Positions 30,452 through 41,735 of a stretch of 64,000 nucleotides of DNA are shown here, piece after piece. The notes under the pieces are model-generated. The model saw only the letters and a list, made by a program, of their open reading frames with translations, was not told where the DNA came from and ran no database searches. This DNA comes from an uncultured Actinomycetota bacterium (GTDB lineage Bacteria; Actinomycetota; Actinomycetes; Propionibacteriales; Nocardioidaceae), in assembly GCA_963715375.1 (NCBI GenBank), contig CAVQSC010000003.1, forward strand, positions 50,337 to 114,336, written 5' to 3'. How positions within the stretch are numbered: position 1 is the stretch's first letter; every line of letters starts with the position of its first letter. The translations under genes and the position numbers were made by a program.

Positions 30452-31562
30452 ACGACTTCCGAGACGACGAGCGCATCAGAGCCCTCATCGAGGAGGCGGT
30501 CTCCGACGTCGAGCCCCGTGAGGCGCTCGGCTCCATCCATGCACGAACGAAGGTGAGCTCCATGAACCGCAGGCGGTCCTGGTTCCTCGGTGCCGGCGCG
30601 GCGGTGGTCGCCACCGCGGCGACGGTGGCGGCGGTGACGGTGCTGAGCGGGGACGGTACGACGGGCGGTCCCGGCCGTGACATCGCCGGCCCCGCCGCCT
30701 CGGCCGAAGGCCGGCTCCGTCGGAGGGGGCGGGCCCCGTGACCACCGAAGGGCCCGAGGAGGAGCCCGCCACGCCGCGACCCGTCGAGCGCCACGGACTC
30801 GCCCGCGCCGCAGCGTGGCGGCGGTGCCGGTCTACTACGTGGGCGACACGAGCCGCGGCCCACGGCTGTTCCGCGAGTTCCACCGCGTGAACACCGCCGG
30901 CAACCCGCTGGAGGCGGCCGTCAGGGAGGCTGTCGTGACGAGCCCTGACGACCCGGACTACCGCACGGACTGGCCGGCCGGCACCGCTGTCGACACGAGC
31001 TTCGACGGCGTCGGCAGCGACGGCCAGATCTCGATCGAGCTCTACAACGAGAGCACCGACCTGCGTGAGAGGCCGCCCGGGATGACCGGCCGAGCAGGCC
31101 GACATGGCCGTGGAGCAGCTCATCTACACCGCCCAGGCCGCGACCCAGACCAGGGCTCCGGTGCAGTTCTACCTCGCCCGACAGGGTTCGGAGCAGAACC
31201 GGACCGACGCCATCCTCGGCGTACCGGTCTCGGAGCCGCTCGCCCAGGGCGACCCCGCGGACGTGCTCGCCCAGGTGTGGGTCATCGAGCCGGGCGAGGG
31301 CGCCAAGGTCATCTCGCCCTTCGAGGTGTCCGGCCTCGCGGCGGCGTTCGAGGCCAACGTGCAGTGGGAGCTCAGGCAGGGCGACCGCGTCGTCAAGCGC
31401 GGCTTCACCACCGCCGAGGAGTGCTGCACCATGGCGCCGTACTCCTTCGAGGTCAAGGCGCCTCCGGGCGACTACACGATCGTCGTCCACGACACGGACG
31501 AGTCCGGTGGCGAGGGGTTCGCCCCCTGGCAGGACACCAAGAGGGTGCACGTCGTCCCGTAA
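30448..31562 (+). CDS. Membrane-anchored GerMN/Gmad2-like protein (putative anti-sigma), several apparent frameshifts
   Basis: N-terminal TM segment; VPVYYVGDT-GPRLFREF, PDDPDY, AVEQLIYTAQ and G-AAAFEANVQW lie in successive frames; coupled to the sigma gene (ATGA). Confidence 0.7.
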
Positions 31563-31583
31563 CCGTGGTCATAGGCTCGAGAC

Positions 31584-32628
31584 GTGCTCACCGACCGTGC
31601 CCTCAACCGGACGCTGCTGAAGCGCCAGCACCTCCTCGAGCGCACCTCGATGCCTGCCCTGCAGATGGTCGATCACCTCGTCGGGCTCCAGGCCCAGGAG
31701 ACCCTTCCGCCGTACGTCGGACTCTGGGCGCGCCTCGACGGCTTCGACCCGGCCGAGCTCAGCGCGCTGCTCGAGTCTCGCGAGGTCAGCCGGATCCTGC
31801 TGATGCGCGGGACGATCCACCTCGTCAGCGCCGACGACTGTCTCGGCCTCCGGCCCCTGCTCCAGGACACGCTGGAGCGCCTGATCCGCGGCACGCCGTT
31901 CTTCGGCCACTGCGCCGACATCCCCCGCGACGAGCTCGTCAGCGCGGCACGGGAGGCTCTCGGCCCCGAGCCGGTGCGGGCCAAGGACCTCGGCGCCTCG
32001 CTCGCCAAGCGCTTCCCCGGCTACGAGCCCGGTCACCTCGCCAACACGGTCCGCTTCCTGCTGCCGCTCGTCCAGACCCCTCCGCGAGGCGTGTGGAAGC
32101 GCGGCGGCGGCCCGGCGTACGTGCACGCCGAGGACTGGCACGGCGCTCCCCCGCTCCGCGCACGACCTGCAGGAGGTGGTCCGTCGCTACCTGCGGGCGT
32201 TCGGCCCGGCGACCACCGCGGACCTCACCACCTGGTCGGGGCTCACGGGCCTGCGTGAGGTGGTGGACGGCATGTCGGACGAGCTGGTGCCGGTCGAGTG
32301 CGAGGACGGCCGCACCCGGCTCGACGTCGAGGGCTCGCCGCTCGCGGAGGGCGACGAGCCCGCCCCGGTGCGACTGCTGGGCAAGTACGACAACCTCTGG
32401 CTCTCCCACGCCGACCGGACCCGGGTCGCCGAGCCCGAGAAGCGGGCACGGTGGATGGGCCGCAACGGCGGCGTGGGGGCTGCCGTGTTCGTCGACGGCA
32501 AGCTCGAGGGCCTCTGGCGTCAGGACGGTGACCGGGTCGAGGTCGAGCTGTTCCGGACGCTGACGCGCGGCGAGACAGCCGAGCTCGACGCGGAGGTCAC
32601 CGCTCTCGAGTCGTTTCTCGCCCGCTGA
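31584..32628 (+). CDS. AlkZ-like winged-helix DNA glycosylase (HTH_42), apparent frameshift ~32160
   Basis: LNRTLLKRQHLL, GLQAQ, MRGTIHLV; RYLRAFGPAT-D-WSG, RLLGKYDN and G-WR in the second frame. Confidence 0.85.
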
Positions 32629-32674
32629 GCCCGGCACCGCGAGGCGCGGTGGTCGGTCGCGGGACCAGCAGCGG

Positions 32675-35408
32675 CTACCCCCGCGGACGGTGAGCGCTGA
32701 ACTCGACCACCTGCTGGAAGGTCGGCCGGTTCTGCCAGTCGATGGGCCGCACCCCGACGACTCCGGCGGTGCTGCTCCTGATGAAGTCGGTGCTCTTGTC
32801 GTAGGTCAGCTGCCGCACGCCGTCGACGCCCTGCTCGGCGGTGACCCGGGCGACCGCTGCGCGCAGTGAGCGCCTCAGCACGTCACGGCAGACCGCGAGC
32901 CGTCCGCCGCCGCAGTAGGAGTACCGGTAGGGGTCCGCGACCCGGCGGCCGAGCAGGGTGCGCAGGTCCTTGTTGACGTAGCCGTACCAGGCGATGCCGT
33001 TCCAGGCCGAGCCCACACCGAGCCGGGGGTGGTCGTCGAGCAACGTGGGGAGCTTCCGGCTGAGCCTGCTGCCGAGGCGTCCGGAGAGCACGTCGTACGC
33101 GACCGAGCTGTCGCCGTCCTGCCACCAGCTGTCGAACAGCGCGATCGCCTGCTCGTGGCCGTAGTGTCCGTCGCGGTCGCGGTCCACCCGCTGCGCGCCG
33201 TGCCTGAGCCAGTCGGTGAGGACGCGCGCGGGCAGCACGTGTCTTCGGGTCGTCGCCGATCACCTTCAGCAGCCACGGCAGGGTGTAGCGAGCACGGCTG
33301 TCCTCGGTCGCGGCCTCCGCCATGACTCCGGTGACCCCTGGCGCGTCGAGCTTCGCGCCGCCACGGATCTCACGCTTCAGGCCGTCCTCGAGGGCGAGGG
33401 AGCGGTAGACGGACCCGTAGCCCCAGATGTCGTCGGCCGCCGCGAAGCCCGGCGCCGTCTTGTTGTTCCAGCTCACCAGGTAGCCGCTGTCGGGGTTGGT
33501 CTGCCGCGGGTGACGGCCGAACGGCAGCCACCCCTGCCAGTCATAGCGCGCGTCGCCCCAGCGCGGAAGGTCGTAGTCAACGCCGTCCGCACGCACCGGC
33601 AGCAGGCCCGAGGAGTAGTAGGAGATGTCCCGGTCGTCTGCGTAGAACCAGTTGAACGTGTAGTCGATCGCCGACACCGCCTTCTGGAACGACGCGGCGT
33701 CGTGGACGTAGCCGGGGTCGTTGAGCCGGGCGAACCCGATGGCCGAGTCCACCTCGTGGCCGTAGGTGCTGCGCTGCCTGACGATCGCGACCGGCACGCC
33801 GTCGACCGTCGTACGACGCTGCACCAGCCCGTGACGGGTGCGCAGGACGAGGAACGTGTGCTGGGCCGGCGGCTCCTGCGAACCTCCGCCCGGCAGGGTC
33901 GTCTCGGTGTGCTCGAAGCGCTCCATCGGCACGCACCTCCCGCCGCGACGGTAGGCCTCCGACTCGACTGTCGGCTTGCTCCCGTCGGTGTTGCACAGCC
34001 GCTCGACGACGGTGTCGACGTTGTCGTTCGAGGCGCTCGTGGCCGACCAGGCGTAGTCCTCACCACGCCCGAGCTGCACGATCAGGTTCGTGCCGGCGAA
34101 CGAGACGCCGCGTGCCTTGATGCCTGGGCCGACCAGCACCTGCTCGGTCAGCAGCTGTGGCGTGAAGTAGCCGGTCTGGGGCCCGAAGACGACGATCGGC
34201 CTGCCGGTCGTGGTGTGCTTGCCGGCCACGAGGAGGGCGTTGCTCATCCCGTGCTCGGTGAGCGGCACCGCGATGCTCATGCCGGGCAGGTCCATCGACG
34301 GTGCCGTGTTCGAGGCGGGTGCGCCGGGGAGCGTTCCCCCGTTCAGCTCGGAACCGCTGCCGGGAGCGGTGGGGCCACCCGGGTCAGGCAGGGCGACGCC
34401 GGGCCGGCGCGGGTCGACGCCTCCCCCGCCGTACGGGGTCCGGACGCTCGAGGTCGTCGGGGCGTCGCCGTCGTTCTTGTGGCGCAGGTCGTCGTAGATC
34501 CGCGCGCCCTTCTTGATGCCGAACCGGCTCATGAGCCGCTGGAGCCAGAGGGCGTTGTCGTACTCCTGGCCACCGCCCTTGCCGAAGATCCCGCCCACGA
34601 GCGAGGCGACGTAGACGACGTCGGCCCGGGTCCAGGGTTGCGGTGTCTTCTGGAGGGCGGCGTACTCCACCGGGCACTCGGGTCCTGTCGGCAGACCGCC
34701 GGGACACATGTCGTCCTGCGCGGCGTTGATGCCGGCGATGTAGGCGTCGACCGCGTGGGCGAGCCGCTCCCCCTCCTCGCCGTACCGCTCGGCGATCCTG
34801 CCGATCTGCGCCTGGGCCTCCTCCTTGGTGTAGAAGGCGTTGGCGAGCTGGGTGCGGTCCATGGCGAGGTTCCCGGGAGTGTCACCGGCGAACTCCGCCA
34901 TCCGGGCCGCACCCGCGTGGCGCAGGGCGTCCATGAGGAACATGCGGTCCCGGGTCGCGGCGTAGCCGGAGCCGAACATCACGTCGTCGTAGGTCGCGCC
35001 GTTGACGTACGGCACCCCGAACCGGTCCCAGCTGATGTCCACCCCGGGCTTCGGCGAGGCCTGCCGCGCGACGGACTCGGGCGTGAACGTCGAGCGCTTG
35101 TAGAGGGTGTCGAGGTCCCCGCGGGTCAGAGTCTCGGGGTTCCGCTTGGTCAGGGCGTCGTACATCTCGAGCTGGTCGGCGAAGTTCTCCGGCGTCGTCG
35201 CCGTGGCCTCGCGGCTCGGCCCTACCTCGACCAGGTCGGCAGCCGTCACCGTGCCGGACTGGCCGGGCGGGAGGATGTTCCGGACGGTGCCGTAGGGGTC
35301 GACCGGCTCGGCCCCGCTCGCGGTCGGGACGCCTCCCAGGACGCCGCTCAGGACCGCGAGACCGGTCATCAGGGTCGTGGCGGTGGTCACCAGACGGGCA
35401 CGGCGCAT
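32675..35408 (-). CDS. Secreted penicillin/AHL acylase family Ntn-hydrolase, apparent frameshift ~33238
   Basis: Signal peptide; NILPPGQSG, DRFGVPYV, DRMFLMD, beta-chain start M-SNA, GPQTGYF, SWNNK, NRPTFQQVVEF. AGGAG SD before ATG 35408. Confidence 0.88.
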
Positions 35409-35421
35409 GGAAGGGCTCCTC

Positions 35422-35439
35422 ACGAGAACGTGTTCTCGT
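35422..35439. promoter_or_regulatory. Perfect 8-bp inverted repeat ACGAGAAC-GT-GTTCTCGT (KstR-like core AACnnGTT)
   Basis: Directly visible just upstream of the acylase RBS. Confidence 0.5.
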
Positions 35440-35484
35440 CCTCAACGAACCCGGGGCCCTCCCGTTACGGACGCCTCGACGGTG

Positions 35485-36225
35485 TCAGGACCAGCGCGAG
35501 GTCCGCGACAGCAGAGCGGCCGCCGCGGCCACCCCGGCGGTCGAGGTCCGGAGCACGGAGCGGCCCATCTTGAGCGGCTCGGCGCCGACCGTCCTGAAGG
35601 CGTGGAGCTCCTCGTCGCTGATGCCGCCCTCTGGTCCGACGACGACCACCACGTCCCCCACAGCGGGCACCTCGAGCGCGGAGAGCGGCTTCTCACCGTC
35701 CTCGTGGAGTACGACGGCCAGCGCGGCGTCGCGAAGCAGGTCCACCACGTCCGACGTACGAGCCATCTCGGCCACGGAGGGGAACCACGCACGGCGCGAC
35801 TGCTTCGCCGCCTCGCGGGCGGTGCTGCGCCACTTGGCCAACGACTTCGCCGCGCGCTCCCCCCGCCACACCGCGACCGAGCGCGCGGCCGCCCACGGCA
35901 CGATCACGTCGGCGCCCACCTCGGTGAGCATCTCCACAGCGAGCTCGCCGCGGTCGCCCTTGGGGATGGCCTGCACGACCACGAGCCGCGGGGACTCCCG
36001 GGAAGCCTCGACCACCTCGGAGACGGTGGCGGTGAGCGAGGTCTTGCTGGTCGCGCTGACGGTCCCGACGACCGTCGTGCCGGCGCCGTCGGTCAGGGCG
36101 ACGTCCTCCCCCACCCGGATCCGTCGGACCACGGCGGCGTGCCTGGCCTCGTCGCCGGTGAGCTCCACGGAGCCACCGACGCGCGCACCTCCCAGCTCGG
36201 GGAGGTGGAAGACCGGCAGACTCAT
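35485..36225 (-). CDS. rsmE: 16S rRNA m3U1498 methyltransferase
   Basis: [36 protein letters not shown]; follows dnaJ. Confidence 0.96.
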   Translation of the reverse strand: MSLPVFHLPELGGARVGGSVELTGDEARHAAVVRRIRVGEDVALTDGAGTTVVGTVSATSKTSLTATVSEVVEASRESPRLVVVQAIPKGDRGELAVEMLTEVGADVIVPWAAARSVAVWRGERAAKSLAKWRSTAREAAKQSRRAWFPSVAEMARTSDVVDLLRDAALAVVLHEDGEKPLSALEVPAVGDVVVVVGPEGGISDEELHAFRTVGAEPLKMGRSVLRTSTAGVAAAAALLSRTSRWS

Positions 36226-37406
36226 TTCGGGTTGAACGCGCTCCGCAGCTTGTCGAACACCGAGCGGTGCGTGGCCTGCACGTGTCCGTCGGGCGACTCC
36301 TCGTCGCGCAGGGCGGCGAGCTCGCGGAGCAGCTCCTCCTGGCGCTCGTCGAGCCGCGTCGGGGTCTCCACCACGACCCGCACGACGAGGTTGCCGCGAC
36401 CGACGCCTCGCAGGGCAGGGACGCCGCGACCGTTGAGGACGATCTCGGAGCCGGACTGTGTCCCGGGCCGGATGTCGAGCTCGACACTGGTCTCGAGGTC
36501 GGTCTCGGCCTCACCGTCGTGGAGGTCGGCCTCCAGGGTCGGCAGCTCGATGGTCGTGCCGAGCGCGGCGGCGGTCATCGGGACCGTGACGGTGCAGAGC
36601 AGGTCGCTCCCGTGGCGGGTGAACACCTTGTGCTCGGCGACGTGGACCTCGACGTACAGGTCACCGGCCGGGCCGCCGCCGGGGCCGACCTCGCCCTGCT
36701 CGGCGAGCTGCACCCTGGTGCCGGTGTCCACGCCGGCGGGGATCTTGACGGTGAGCGTGCGGCGCGAGCGGACCCGGCCGTCGCCAGAGCACTCGCGGCA
36801 CGGCTCCGGGATGATCGTGCCGAAGCCGCGGCAGGCCGCGCACGGACGCATGGTGCGGATCTCTCCCAGGAAGGAGCGCTGCACCTGGTGCACCTCGCCA
36901 CGGCCGTGGCAGGTCTCGCAGGTGACCGGCCTCGACCCCGGCGCGGCTCCGTCGCCGTTGCAGACCGTGCAGAGCACCGCGGTGTCGACCTTGAGCTCGT
37001 GAGTCACGCCGAAGGCGGCCTCGGCGAGGTCGACCTCGAGCCGGATCAGGGCGTCCTGGCCACGCCGGACACGAGGCCGCGGACCGCGCCCGCCACCGGC
37101 CGCGCCACCTCCGGCTGCGCCGCCGAAGAAGGCGTCCATGATGTCGGTGAAGGAGAACCCGGCACCCGAGGCGAAGCCTCCGCCCGCGCCACCGAAGGGG
37201 TCACCCCCGAGGTCGTACATCCGCCGCTTCTCGGGGTCGGAGAGCACCTCGTAGGCACGCGTGACGTCCTTGAACCGCTCCTGCGTCTCCGGGTCGGGGT
37301 TCACGTCCGGGTGCAGCTGACGGGCGAGGCGACGGTAGGCCTTCTTGATCGCGTCGCCGTCGGCGTCACGCGGGACACCGAGGGTCTCGTAGAGGTCCTG
37401 GCTCAC
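36222..37406 (-). CDS. dnaJ: Chaperone DnaJ
   Basis: J-domain HPD, G/F region, four CxxCxGxG repeats. Confidence 0.98.
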   Translation of the reverse strand: MSQDLYETLGVPRDADGDAIKKAYRRLARQLHPDVNPDPETQERFKDVTRAYEVLSDPEKRRMYDLGGDPFGGAGGGFASGAGFSFTDIMDAFFGGAAGGGAAGGGRGPRPRVRRGQDALIRLEVDLAEAAFGVTHELKVDTAVLCTVCNGDGAAPGSRPVTCETCHGRGEVHQVQRSFLGEIRTMRPCAACRGFGTIIPEPCRECSGDGRVRSRRTLTVKIPAGVDTGTRVQLAEQGEVGPGGGPAGDLYVEVHVAEHKVFTRHGSDLLCTVTVPMTAAALGTTIELPTLEADLHDGEAETDLETSVELDIRPGTQSGSEIVLNGRGVPALRGVGRGNLVVRVVVETPTRLDERQEELLRELAALRDEESPDGHVQATHRSVFDKLRSAFNPK

Positions 37407-37420
37407 AGTGGTCTCTCAGC

Positions 37421-38443
37421 TCATCCTTCGTCGAGAATCTTCGACACGTAGCGGGCGACCGCGCGCACGGTCGCCATCGTGCTCGGGTAGTCCATGCGGG
37501 TCGGGCCCACGATGCCGAGGGTGGCGAGCGCCTCTTCCCCGGGTCCGTAGCCGGTGGCGACGACCGAGGTCGTGGACAGCTCCTGGTAGGGCACCTCGTG
37601 GCCGATCCTGACCGTCAGGGTCGAGGGCGAGGTCGCCTCGCCGAGGAGCTTGAGGAGCACGACATGCTCCTCGAGGGCCTCCAGCATCGGCTTGATCGAG
37701 GCGTCGAACCCGTCACCGAACCGGGCCAGGTTTGCCGTGCCGCCCACCATCACGCGCTCGTCGGAGCGGTGGTCCGACATCGCCTCGACCAGAGCCGCGA
37801 CGACGATGCTGACCGGAGCGCGGTCCTCGGGCGGGTACTGGTCGGGGACCTCGGCGAGGCCCTCGGCGGCGTCGCTGAGCTTCTCCCCCAGACTCGCCCG
37901 GTTGAGCGCGGTGCGGAGGCCGGCCACGGTCTCGTCGTCGAGGGGCTCGGGCAGCTCGACGACACGCTGCTCGATGCGGCCGGTGCTCAGGATCAGCACC
38001 AGCAGCAGCCGCGTGCTGGCCAGGGTCACCAGCTCGACGTGGCGGACCGTGGACCGCGACAGCGTGGGGTACTGGACGATCGCGACCTGGCGGGTCAGCT
38101 GGGCGAGCAGGCGCACGCTGCGCTGCACCACGTCGTCGAGGTCGATGGCGCCCTCGAGCAGCGTGGCGATCGCGCGCTTCTCCGCCGCCGACAGCGGCTT
38201 GACCTGGCTCAGGCGGTCGACGAAGAGCCGGTAGCCCTTGTCCGTGGGGATCCGGCCGGCGCTGGTGTGCGGCTGCGTGATGAAGCCCTCGTCCTCGAGC
38301 GCGGCCATGTCGTTGCGCACCGTCGCCGGGGACACGCCGAGCCTGTGGCGCTCGACCAGTGCCTTGGACCCGACCGGCTCCTGCGTCGCCACGTAGTCCT
38401 CGACGATCGCACGGAGGACAGCGAGCTTGCGGTCCTCGACCAT
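37421..38443 (-). CDS. hrcA: Heat-inducible repressor HrcA
   Basis: [45 protein letters not shown] before ATG 38443. Confidence 0.97.
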   Translation of the reverse strand: MVEDRKLAVLRAIVEDYVATQEPVGSKALVERHRLGVSPATVRNDMAALEDEGFITQPHTSAGRIPTDKGYRLFVDRLSQVKPLSAAEKRAIATLLEGAIDLDDVVQRSVRLLAQLTRQVAIVQYPTLSRSTVRHVELVTLASTRLLLVLILSTGRIEQRVVELPEPLDDETVAGLRTALNRASLGEKLSDAAEGLAEVPDQYPPEDRAPVSIVVAALVEAMSDHRSDERVMVGGTANLARFGDGFDASIKPMLEALEEHVVLLKLLGEATSPSTLTVRIGHEVPYQELSTTSVVATGYGPGEEALATLGIVGPTRMDYPSTMATVRAVARYVSKILDEG

Positions 38444-38463
38444 GTCTCGCCTCCTTCGACCCG

Positions 38464-38490
38464 TTGGCACTCACATGTTTCGAGTGCCAA
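38464..38490. promoter_or_regulatory. CIRCE element TTGGCACTC-N9-GAGTGCCAA
   Basis: Perfect 9-9-9 inverted repeat directly upstream of hrcA-dnaJ. Confidence 0.95.
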
Positions 38491-38542
38491 TGCTACTAGT
38501 CTCCCCTGCAACGAGCAGAATCCACGGACGTAGGGTTCGGGC

Positions 38543-39430
38543 ATGAGCGCAAGCGACTCCCAAGGCGGCTTCGACATCACGCACGACAGCGGGTTCGTCG
38601 AGGTCGCCGACCGCTGCTGGGTGGCCCGGCACAGCCTCGTGGACGTCAACGTCGGCCTTGTCGCAGGCAGCCGCGGAGTCGTCGTGGTCGACACCCACTC
38701 CTCCGCCGCCACCGCCCGCAAGGTCGTCGAGCAGGTGCGTGCGCTCGGCCTCGGCGAGGTGGCCGGGATCGTCAACACGCACGCCCACTGGGACCACGTC
38801 CTCGGGACCGCCACCTTCGTCGAGGAGTACGACGGCCCGCCCGTCGTCGCTCACGAGGCGGCCGCCGCCACCCTGCGCGACGAGGGCGCCTCCCTGCTGC
38901 AGGACGCCGCCCGGTGGACCGACGTCACGGGCACCACCGTCGTCGTACCCGACCAGACCTTCTCCTCCGTACAGGTCATCGACCTCGGCGACCGGATCGT
39001 GGAGGTCGTGCATCCCGGACGGGGCCACACCGCCGGCGACGCCGTCGTACGCGTGAGCGATGCGGACGTGCTCTTCGCCGGCGACCTCGTGGAGGAGTCG
39101 GCGGAACGCGAGGCCGTGCCGGGCTTCGGAAACGACTGCTTCCCCCTCGAGTGGCCAGCGACCCTCGAGCTCGTGACCAGCATGATCAGCGACGGCACTG
39201 TCGTCGTACCGGGGCACGGCCTCCCCGTCGACCGGGACTTCGTGATGGAGCAGCGCGGCAGCATCGGCATGGTCGCCGAGATGATCCGCGACCTCGCCGG
39301 GCGCGGCGTGCGGCCCGAGCAGATGGCTGAGGCCGGTGAGTGGCCCTACCCGGCCGAGGAGCTCACCGACGCCTTCGCCCGCGGCTTCGTGCAGCTGCCC
39401 CGGGCGTCGAGGTCACTCCCCCTGCTCTAG
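38543..39430 (+). CDS. MBL-fold metallo-hydrolase
   Basis: THAHWDH, GHTAGD, FAGDL, VPGHG. ATG is 6 nt after TAGGGT. Confidence 0.9.
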   Translation: MSASDSQGGFDITHDSGFVEVADRCWVARHSLVDVNVGLVAGSRGVVVVDTHSSAATARKVVEQVRALGLGEVAGIVNTHAHWDHVLGTATFVEEYDGPPVVAHEAAAATLRDEGASLLQDAARWTDVTGTTVVVPDQTFSSVQVIDLGDRIVEVVHPGRGHTAGDAVVRVSDADVLFAGDLVEESAEREAVPGFGNDCFPLEWPATLELVTSMISDGTVVVPGHGLPVDRDFVMEQRGSIGMVAEMIRDLAGRGVRPEQMAEAGEWPYPAEELTDAFARGFVQLPRASRSLPLL

Positions 39431-39825
39431 CGTCGGTAACGGCGGGCCCCTGCCGACCGGAAGGCGGCGAACTTGACCAGCAGGATCACAAGGACAAGCA
39501 GCAAGGGCCACGGCGCCAGGTTCAGGACGGCGAGCACGACCACGGCGAGCAGCAGGACCGGCAGCAGCGGCGGACCACCACGGCGTGCGTGTCCACGCTG
39601 CGGCTGCGGCAACGGCGCGAGGCTCCGCGTCCGCTCCGGCGCCTGGATCGACGGGAGGTCGAGGAAGAGCGGCACGAGGTCGGCGTTCGTCCGCGCCTGC
39701 CAGGCGACGGCGCTCCTCTCGTCGTACTCCTCCTTCGTGATCCGGCCGGCGACGTAGTGCTCCCCGAGCGCCGAGATCGCGGCCTCGCGCTCGCGGTCAC
39801 CGATCCTCAGCTCCCGCTCGTTCAT
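39427..39825 (-). CDS. DUF1707 (SHOCT-like) membrane protein
   Basis: LRIGDRERE...GRIT-EEYDER...ART-ADL-LF-DLP plus C-terminal TM segments. Confidence 0.85.
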   Translation of the reverse strand: MNERELRIGDREREAAISALGEHYVAGRITKEEYDERSAVAWQARTNADLVPLFLDLPSIQAPERTRSLAPLPQPQRGHARRGGPPLLPVLLLAVVVLAVLNLAPWPLLLVLVILLVKFAAFRSAGARRYRR

Positions 39826-40400
39826 TCCGGGTCCCCGTCCGCGAGCAGCCCGTAGAGCTTGCGGCGGGCGTCGGCGAGGATCTCCGCCGCCTCCGCCTGC
39901 TGCTGCCGGTTGCCCGACATCACCACCTGCCAGACCGCGGCCATCACCTGCCCGATCACGGGCTTGAGCTCGTGGGTCTCCTCACCGCCGGCCTCGAAGG
40001 CGCGCCAGGTGGCTGCCATCTCCTCGGGGTGCTCGGCAACGTAATCGCGGCCCGCCTCGGTGAGCCGCAGCAGTCGCTTGCCCTCGTCCTCGACGCCGTC
40101 GACGAGCCCCTCGTCCTCGAGCTGCTGGAGCGTCGGGTACACCGAGCCCGGACTGGGCTTCCAGGCGCCGCCGCTGCGGTCGGCGATCTGCTGGATGATC
40201 TGGTAGCCGTTCATCGGCTGGACGGACAGCACGTCGAGGATGGCCGCGCGGACGTCACCCCGGCGAACCCGAGGGCCCCGCGACTGCTGCTGCCCGGCGA
40301 GGCCGAAGAGCCCGGCGATCCACGGCGGCGGACCCGCTCCCCAGGGGCCGGGCCCCCAGCCACCGCCGGACCAGGGCTGTCCCCACTTGTTGCCGCTCAT
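39822..40400 (-). CDS. PadR family transcriptional regulator
   Basis: RRGDVRAAIL, GYQIIQ, WKPSPGSVYPTLQQLEDEG. GGAGG SD before ATG 40400. Confidence 0.93.
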   Translation of the reverse strand: MSGNKWGQPWSGGGWGPGPWGAGPPPWIAGLFGLAGQQQSRGPRVRRGDVRAAILDVLSVQPMNGYQIIQQIADRSGGAWKPSPGSVYPTLQQLEDEGLVDGVEDEGKRLLRLTEAGRDYVAEHPEEMAATWRAFEAGGEETHELKPVIGQVMAAVWQVVMSGNRQQQAEAAEILADARRKLYGLLADGDPE

Positions 40401-40425
40401 CCTCGTCTCCCTCCGAACGCCTCCG

Positions 40426-40446
40426 CGATAGGTTGACGATATATCG
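40426..40446. promoter_or_regulatory. Putative PadR operator: palindrome CGATATATCG with an adjacent degenerate copy
   Basis: CGATAGGTTG-A-CGATATATCG, 25-45 nt upstream of padR. Confidence 0.5.
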
Positions 40447-40627
40447 CTGACAGTCGGCATCAAAGGTCTCGGAAGGCCTCGTCCAGACAGCCCGGTCGGG
40501 GGTGATCGCCCCGTTACGTCTCATATGCCGGACAGAGGGTGTGATGGCCGGGCCAGAGGGCACGTACGTTCGCGATACGTGACCAGGGCCACGCTCGGCG
40601 GAGCTGGCTGCGAGAACAACTGATGAA

Positions 40628-41725
40628 GTGGGGCGGGGGCTCTTGTCGATCGTCAAGGACCGTGACTGGCACAGCATCCGCGGGCGCGCGGCCAAGCTCC
40701 TGACCACGCCACTGCACCCGGACGACTACCTGTCGCTCATCAACCCGCTCTGGTCCGCCCGCGAGCTCCGCGGACGCATCGAGAAGGTCGTCCCGGAGAC
40801 CGACGACGCCGCGACGCTGGTGATCCGGCCGGGGTGGGGCGCGCGGTTCGACTACACGCCGGGTCAGTACGTCGGCATCGGGGTCGAGGTGGACGGCCGG
40901 TACCACTGGCGTTCCTACTCCCTCAGCTCCCCGCCTTCCCACAGTGGCCGCACGTTCACGATCACGGTCCGGGCGATGCCCGAGGGGTTCCTCTCGTCGC
41001 ACCTGGTCGAGGGTCTGGCGCCGGGGACGATCGTGCGCCTCGCCGCTCCGGCCGGCGACTTCGTCCTCCCGGACCCGCCGCCGGACCGGATGCTGTTCCT
41101 TGTCGGCGGCAGCGGGATCACCCCGGTGATGTCGATGCTGCGCACGCTCGACCGCCGCAAGACGATGACGGACGTCGTGCTCGCGTACTCCTCCCCCACG
41201 CCCGACCGGATGATCTTCCGCGACGAGCTGCTCGCCCTGGCCGAGCGCCACGAGGGCCTGCAGCTCCACGAGCAGCACACCGACACCCAGGGCATGCTCA
41301 CGCTCGACACGCTGGACCGGATCTGCCCCGACTGGCGCGAGCGCGAGACCTGGGCCTGCGGGCCGGGACCGATGCTCGACGCCGCGGAGGAGTTCTGGGA
41401 GGACGCCGGCCTCTCCGAGCAGCTCCACCTCGAGCGGTTCACGCTGAGCCTCGACAGCGGGGGCGCCGAGGGCGGCACCATCACCTTCCGCAACTCCGGC
41501 AAGCAGATCGAGGTCGACGGCGCGACCACCCTTCTCGAGGCAGGTGAGCAGGCCGGCGTGGGCATGCCCTACGGCTGCCGGATGGGCATCTGCCACACCT
41601 GCACGCTCACCATGAGCTCCGGCCGGATCCGCGACCTGCGCAGCGGCGAGGAGCACTTCGAACCCAACGAGTCCATCCAGACCTGCGTGACGGTCGCCGC
41701 CGGTGACTGCACCCTCGACATCTAG
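40628..41725 (+). CDS. Ferredoxin-NAD(P) reductase, electron-transfer partner of DesA3 (Rv3230c-like)
   Basis: [37 protein letters not shown]...C 2Fe-2S motif. Confidence 0.92.
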   Translation: MGRGLLSIVKDRDWHSIRGRAAKLLTTPLHPDDYLSLINPLWSARELRGRIEKVVPETDDAATLVIRPGWGARFDYTPGQYVGIGVEVDGRYHWRSYSLSSPPSHSGRTFTITVRAMPEGFLSSHLVEGLAPGTIVRLAAPAGDFVLPDPPPDRMLFLVGGSGITPVMSMLRTLDRRKTMTDVVLAYSSPTPDRMIFRDELLALAERHEGLQLHEQHTDTQGMLTLDTLDRICPDWRERETWACGPGPMLDAAEEFWEDAGLSEQLHLERFTLSLDSGGAEGGTITFRNSGKQIEVDGATTLLEAGEQAGVGMPYGCRMGICHTCTLTMSSGRIRDLRSGEEHFEPNESIQTCVTVAAGDCTLDI

Positions 41726-41735
41726 GGAGCGACAC

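Noticed and set aside
35422-35439. LexA SOS box
   Set aside because: The actinobacterial SOS box is CGAAC-N4-GTTCG; the spacer here is only 2 nt.
38543-39430. Metallo-beta-lactamase resistance gene
   Set aside because: Only the generic MBL fold motifs are present and there is no signal peptide.
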